64,000 bases of DNA from an uncultured Chloroflexia bacterium. Its GTDB lineage: Bacteria; Chloroflexota; Chloroflexia; Thermomicrobiales; UBA6265. Each line of letters starts with the position of its first letter. The stretch's first letter is position 1. Where the stretch lies: assembly GCA_963724295.1 (NCBI GenBank), contig CAVRUC010000007.1, positions 192,001 to 256,000 of the forward strand, in the 5' to 3' direction. This document shows positions 61,707 through 64,000 of this stretch, in pieces. Below the pieces are notes generated by a model. That model did no database searches and had not been told where the DNA came from. It saw only the letters and a program-made list of their open reading frames with translations. The translations under genes were made by a program, and so were the position numbers.

Positions 61707-62514
61707 TTAGCACCTCATTCGTACTGCCGCTTCGATAGCCAGTAAGGTCGAGCACGGCATGTCGATACCCGGCGCCGCGGAGAGCGGCGGCAAGTTCGTC
61801 AGCGCACTCGACCGCTCTGGAAAATTGATCGCGAGGAATCTCGAGCCGCGCCATGTCGTCGTGGTGACGGACACGAAACCCACGAAACCCAAGACTTCGC
61901 ACAGCACTTTCGGCGGCCGCCACCCGCTGCAGTTTTTCGACTGTTATCGGATCGCCGTAGGCGAAGCGGGACGACAAGCAGGCGACCGCCGGCTTGTCCC
62001 AGGTGCGCAAGCCCAAAGCCTCGGAGAGTAAGCGAATTTCCGCTTTGGCTAAACCGACCTCCTGCAACGGGCTGCGTACACCGAGCTCCCGCGCGGCACG
62101 CATCCCGGGACGGAAATCATCGAGGTCGTCCAAGTTTGAACCGTCAACAACATACTGTAAGCCCCGCGACCCGGCCAGGTCCTTGAGACGTGAGTAGAGT
62201 TCCGACTTGCAGAAGAAGCAACGCTGGTGCGTATTGTCTGCATATCGCGGATCGGTGAGCTCGGCGGTATCGACAAGAACGTGTTCCGCGCCAATCTCGC
62301 TGGCGATGGCGCGAGCTTCATCCATCTCCTCGCGAGCGTAGGTCTGGGACAGGCCGGTTGCGGCCACTGCCCGGAAACCGAGCGCGCGATGCGCGATCTT
62401 CAGGAGATAACTACTGTCGACTCCGCCGGAGAACGAGACCAACACGGATCCCATTTCTTTCAGCAGGTCGGATAGCTGGTCCTCTTTGCGCTGTGCAGTC
62501 GATATATCGATCAA
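61660..62514 (-). CDS. larE: ATP-dependent sulfur transferase, LarE family
   Basis: PP-loop SFSGGVDS, RCFFCK, DFRPG, ACLSSR and RVRHH motifs. Confidence 0.9.
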   Translation of the reverse strand: MIDISTAQRKEDQLSDLLKEMGSVLVSFSGGVDSSYLLKIAHRALGFRAVAATGLSQTYAREEMDEARAIASEIGAEHVLVDTAELTDPRYADNTHQRCFFCKSELYSRLKDLAGSRGLQYVVDGSNLDDLDDFRPGMRAARELGVRSPLQEVGLAKAEIRLLSEALGLRTWDKPAVACLSSRFAYGDPITVEKLQRVAAAESAVRSLGFRGFRVRHHDDMARLEIPRDQFSRAVECADELAAALRGAGYRHAVLDLTGYRSGSTNEVLNARLKSRGLRGPGAL

Positions 62515-62609
62515 CGTGAGGTCGACTCCACGATTGTCGGGTCAGGTAAATCCACGCGTGCCGTCCCGTCGATCCTAGCAACCCGGATTCGTTCAACGCA
62601 AATCGCGGG

Positions 62610-62635
62610 GCCCCGGCGCCTCAGTGCGCCGGGGC
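62610..62635 (-). terminator. Hairpin downstream of pnp
   Basis: Perfect 10-bp stem GCCCCGGCGC/GCGCCGGGGC; weak U-tract. Confidence 0.5.
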
Positions 62636-62662
62636 TGCGGTTGCATCCAATCCCGCCTGGTT

Positions 62663-64000
<1,338 letters not shown>

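Overview
GC-rich bacterial chromosomal window, most consistent with Chloroflexota (Thermomicrobiales-like). That assignment is inferred from protein character and gene order, not from a search. Bases 1-17.9 kb hold the S10-spc-alpha ribosomal superoperon (3' end of rpsJ to rplQ, with secY, adk and map but no infA), then a frameshifted truA, rplM and rpsI. Bases 19.8-29.2 kb hold a pyrimidine operon (pyrC-carA-carB-pyrK-pyrD-cax-pyrE) behind a leader with a uORF and an attenuator-like hairpin. Bases 29.2-40.7 kb form a DNA repair/SOS cluster: ligA, a DEDDh-UvrC-like fusion, family-4 UDG and an imuB-like/small ORF/dnaE2 cassette with a perfect LexA box. A second LexA-box-overlapped promoter points through a roughly 310-nt structured leader into an uncharacterised membrane protein gene; this is the best candidate for an undescribed system. 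Bases 41-53 kb are accessory: secreted and hypothetical proteins, an amidohydrolase, an HpaB-family monooxygenase-RidA-DUF1028 operon, an APH-like kinase, a degenerate PCuAC protein, rlmN and a Zn-dependent dehydrogenase. Bases 53-64 kb hold ftsK, recR, a GNAT-like gene, an R3H-AAA ATPase, tmk, a degenerate DarA-like gene, a zinc-ribbon membrane protein, tRNA-Asn, Rrf2, larE and the 3' part of pnp. No CRISPR array, rRNA, transposase or integrase was seen. All family calls are by motif recognition only, and start codons were chosen by eye.
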